DNA of 64,000 bases from a virus (taxonomy: Duplodnaviria > Caudoviricetes), in the IMG/VR virus record IMGVR_UViG_3300025875_000006, positions 25,614 through 89,613 of that record; one strand, written 5' to 3'. The translations under genes and the position numbers were made by a program. The notes beneath the pieces were generated by a model. It was not told the origin of the DNA. It searched no databases and was given only the letters and a program-made list of their open reading frames with translations. The stretch's first letter is position 1, and each line of letters opens with the position of its first letter. This document shows, piece after piece, positions 62,221 to 64,000 of this stretch.

Positions 62221-62411
62221 GCAAGAAGAATAGACCCTGCCTCTCAACACTGTCAACTAGATTATTTCTGCGTGTCGTGGCGGCCCGTTCGGCCTCGTCT
62301 CAACCAAGTCGGTCCTGTACCGTCCCGCAGTGAAGCGACGACAGACGGTGACCGCTCCCGTCTGATCGGACCTCCGGTGATGTCTGACCCTTCCACCGGA
62401 GGCATCCCTTC

Positions 62412-64000
62412 ATGGACCCCCTCGCCGACTTCCAGGGTGACCTGGACCGTCTGGCCGACCTCACCGAGGACGAGATCACGGCGCTGGAGACGCGCCTGGT
62501 CGAGGCCTTCGACGCTGCCGACCAGGGTGGTGACGCTGCCGCTGCCGGTCAGCTCGCCGACGCCCTGGACGCCGTCCGGTCCGAGATCGCCCAGCGGTCC
62601 GAGGCACCCCCGGCCGAGCCCGTCGCGGCTGCGGCCGAGACGGCCACCACCCCCACCACCGAGCTGCCGGGCCCCGAGAGCCCCGCACCCGGTCAGACCT
62701 CGCCCGATGGCCCGGCCGAGAGCACCGCCCCCACCACCCCGGAGGGCGGCCAGCCCTCCACCGACCCCGCCACCGCCCCGAGCGAGGAGAAGACCCCCGT
62801 GACCGCCACCACCGTCGAGGTCCACGACCGCGAGCCCGAGGTCCCGGCGGACCGGGCCCCTGTCGTCGCCGCTGCCCAGACCGCCATCGTGGCCGGTGCC
62901 AACCTCCAGGGGATGGACCCGGGCCAGAAGTTCAACGACCTGACCCACGTCTCCAAGCTCATGGCCAAGCGCATCGAGCAGGTCGGCCGGGGCTCGGGCG
63001 GGGACGGCGAGCAGGTGCTGGTCGCCAGCATCCGCTCCGACATCCCGGACGAGCGCTTCCTGAAGTACGGCGACCCGATGGGGAACCGCGCCAAGATCGA
63101 GGCGATGACCAACCTGGACGCGCTCCGGGCGAACGTCGAGAAGATGTCGCCGGACCTCCAGGCGGTCACGGCGGCCGGTGGCTGCTGCGCCCCGCTGGAG
63201 ACCCGCTACGACCTGTTCGGCATCGGCGGCACCGACCGGCCGGTCAAGGCCAGCCTGGCGGGCTTCGGCGCGGACCGGGGCGGCATCCGCTTCTTCGAGG
63301 GTCCGACCCTGGACGCCATCGGCGCGGCCGTGGGCTTCTGGACCTGCGCGGACGACGCCGCCGTGGACGCGGCCGACCCCGACACCTGGAAGGTCTGCGC
63401 CCGGGTCGAGTGCCCGGACGAAGCCGAGGCGCTGGTCCAGGCCGTCACCCTCTGCCTGACCTTCGGGGTCATGCAGAGCCGGGTCTTCCCGGAGATGGTC
63501 ACCGCCAACAACGCGCTGGCCCTGGTCGCCCAGGCCCGCCTCTCCGAGTCGGCGCTGCTGGCCCAGATCAAGGCGCAGTCCAAGAACGTCAACGGCGGCC
63601 AGATCGAGGGCGGCTTCGGCTTCCTGCGCACGCTACTGGACACCGTGGACCGGGCCAACGCCTACTTCCGCGACCGGCACCGCGTCGGCCCGGAGGTCCC
63701 CCTGCGGGCGACCTTCCCCGTCTGGATGCTCGGTGCCATCGACGCCGACCTCATCCGGCAGCCTCCGTCCACCGCCCAGATGGCCGACAACTTCGGCATG
63801 AGCCAGGACGAGGTGCTGTCCTTCTTCCGGGACCGCAACATCAACGTCGCCTGGACGCTGGACACGCCCTACCCGGCGGTCAACGGCGGTGGCCAGTACG
63901 CCAACCTCGCGGCTGGCGGCACCATCCCGGGCTTCCCGGCCAACATGGAGTGGTCCCTGAACATCGAGGGGACCTTCCTGTTCCTGGACGGCGGCCAGCT
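62412..64000 (+). CDS. major capsid (hexamer) protein, partial
   Basis: My translation: MDPLADFQ..., acidic/Pro-rich propeptide, then AVTAAGGCCAPLETRYDLF...RGGIRF...ARLSE, typical of cluster-B-like major capsid proteins. Absent from the ORF track because it has no stop in the window. Confidence 0.88.
   Translation, partial: MDPLADFQGDLDRLADLTEDEITALETRLVEAFDAADQGGDAAAAGQLADALDAVRSEIAQRSEAPPAEPVAAAAETATTPTTELPGPESPAPGQTSPDGPAESTAPTTPEGGQPSTDPATAPSEEKTPVTATTVEVHDREPEVPADRAPVVAAAQTAIVAGANLQGMDPGQKFNDLTHVSKLMAKRIEQVGRGSGGDGEQVLVASIRSDIPDERFLKYGDPMGNRAKIEAMTNLDALRANVEKMSPDLQAVTAAGGCCAPLETRYDLFGIGGTDRPVKASLAGFGADRGGIRFFEGPTLDAIGAAVGFWTCADDAAVDAADPDTWKVCARVECPDEAEALVQAVTLCLTFGVMQSRVFPEMVTANNALALVAQARLSESALLAQIKAQSKNVNGGQIEGGFGFLRTLLDTVDRANAYFRDRHRVGPEVPLRATFPVWMLGAIDADLIRQPPSTAQMADNFGMSQDEVLSFFRDRNINVAWTLDTPYPAVNGGGQYANLAAGGTIPGFPANMEWSLNIEGTFLFLDGGQ

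Larger units (their letters stand above)
631..62257. repeat. dispersed GTTGACA/TGTCAAC motif, about 54 copies
   Basis: Counted by eye; extended consensus (C/T)GGTTGACAC; both orientations. Confidence 0.92.

Noticed and set aside
631-62257. All GTTGACA copies being ordinary -35 boxes
   Set aside because: Most intragenic copies have no -10 at 16-18 bp, occur in both orientations, and in promoters often lie inside the spacer.

Overview
The whole window is one stretch of a large, high-GC (roughly 70%) tailed actinobacteriophage genome. I see no host genes, integrase, tRNA, rRNA or CRISPR array. Gene content and order resemble mycobacteriophage cluster B-like phages. Left to right: (1) a minus-strand lysis/membrane cluster (1-2063); (2) a minus-strand replication/recombination operon with an SNF2 helicase, RuvC-like resolvase, PolA, SSB-like protein, AAA/Sak4-like ATPase and Cas4/RecB-like nuclease; (3) a plus-strand HTH regulator, Prim-Pol and DUF3987 protein; (4) an HTH gene and an iteron-rich putative origin near 18.1-18.6 kb; (5) a long run of small early genes including a DGQHR/ParB-like protein, HIT hydrolase, membrane and secreted proteins, a tailspike cassette, nicotinamidase and an Acb2/Tad1-like protein; (6) endolysin, TerL, MuF and portal; (7) a 2988-aa multidomain protein, a zeta-toxin protein, the maturation protease, and a major capsid gene that runs off the right edge. 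Seven free-standing HNH/EndoVII endonucleases are scattered through it. Two signals stand out. First, the heptamer GTTGACA/TGTCAAC occurs at about 54 sites (counted by eye; about 3 expected by base composition). It is spread across the window, sits inside ORFs where it forces rare codons, and occupies fixed positions in a family of leaderless promoters, which suggests a genome-wide operator or DNA-organising system. Second, the head module carries enzymatic effectors (2H phosphoesterase, HipA/PI3K-like kinase, a possible ART, zeta kinase); the giant and zeta proteins share an HPRGxDGRFIEK tag just after an xTA(A/S) motif, suggesting protease-processed, capsid-loaded cargo. All product calls come from motif recognition by eye, not from database searches.
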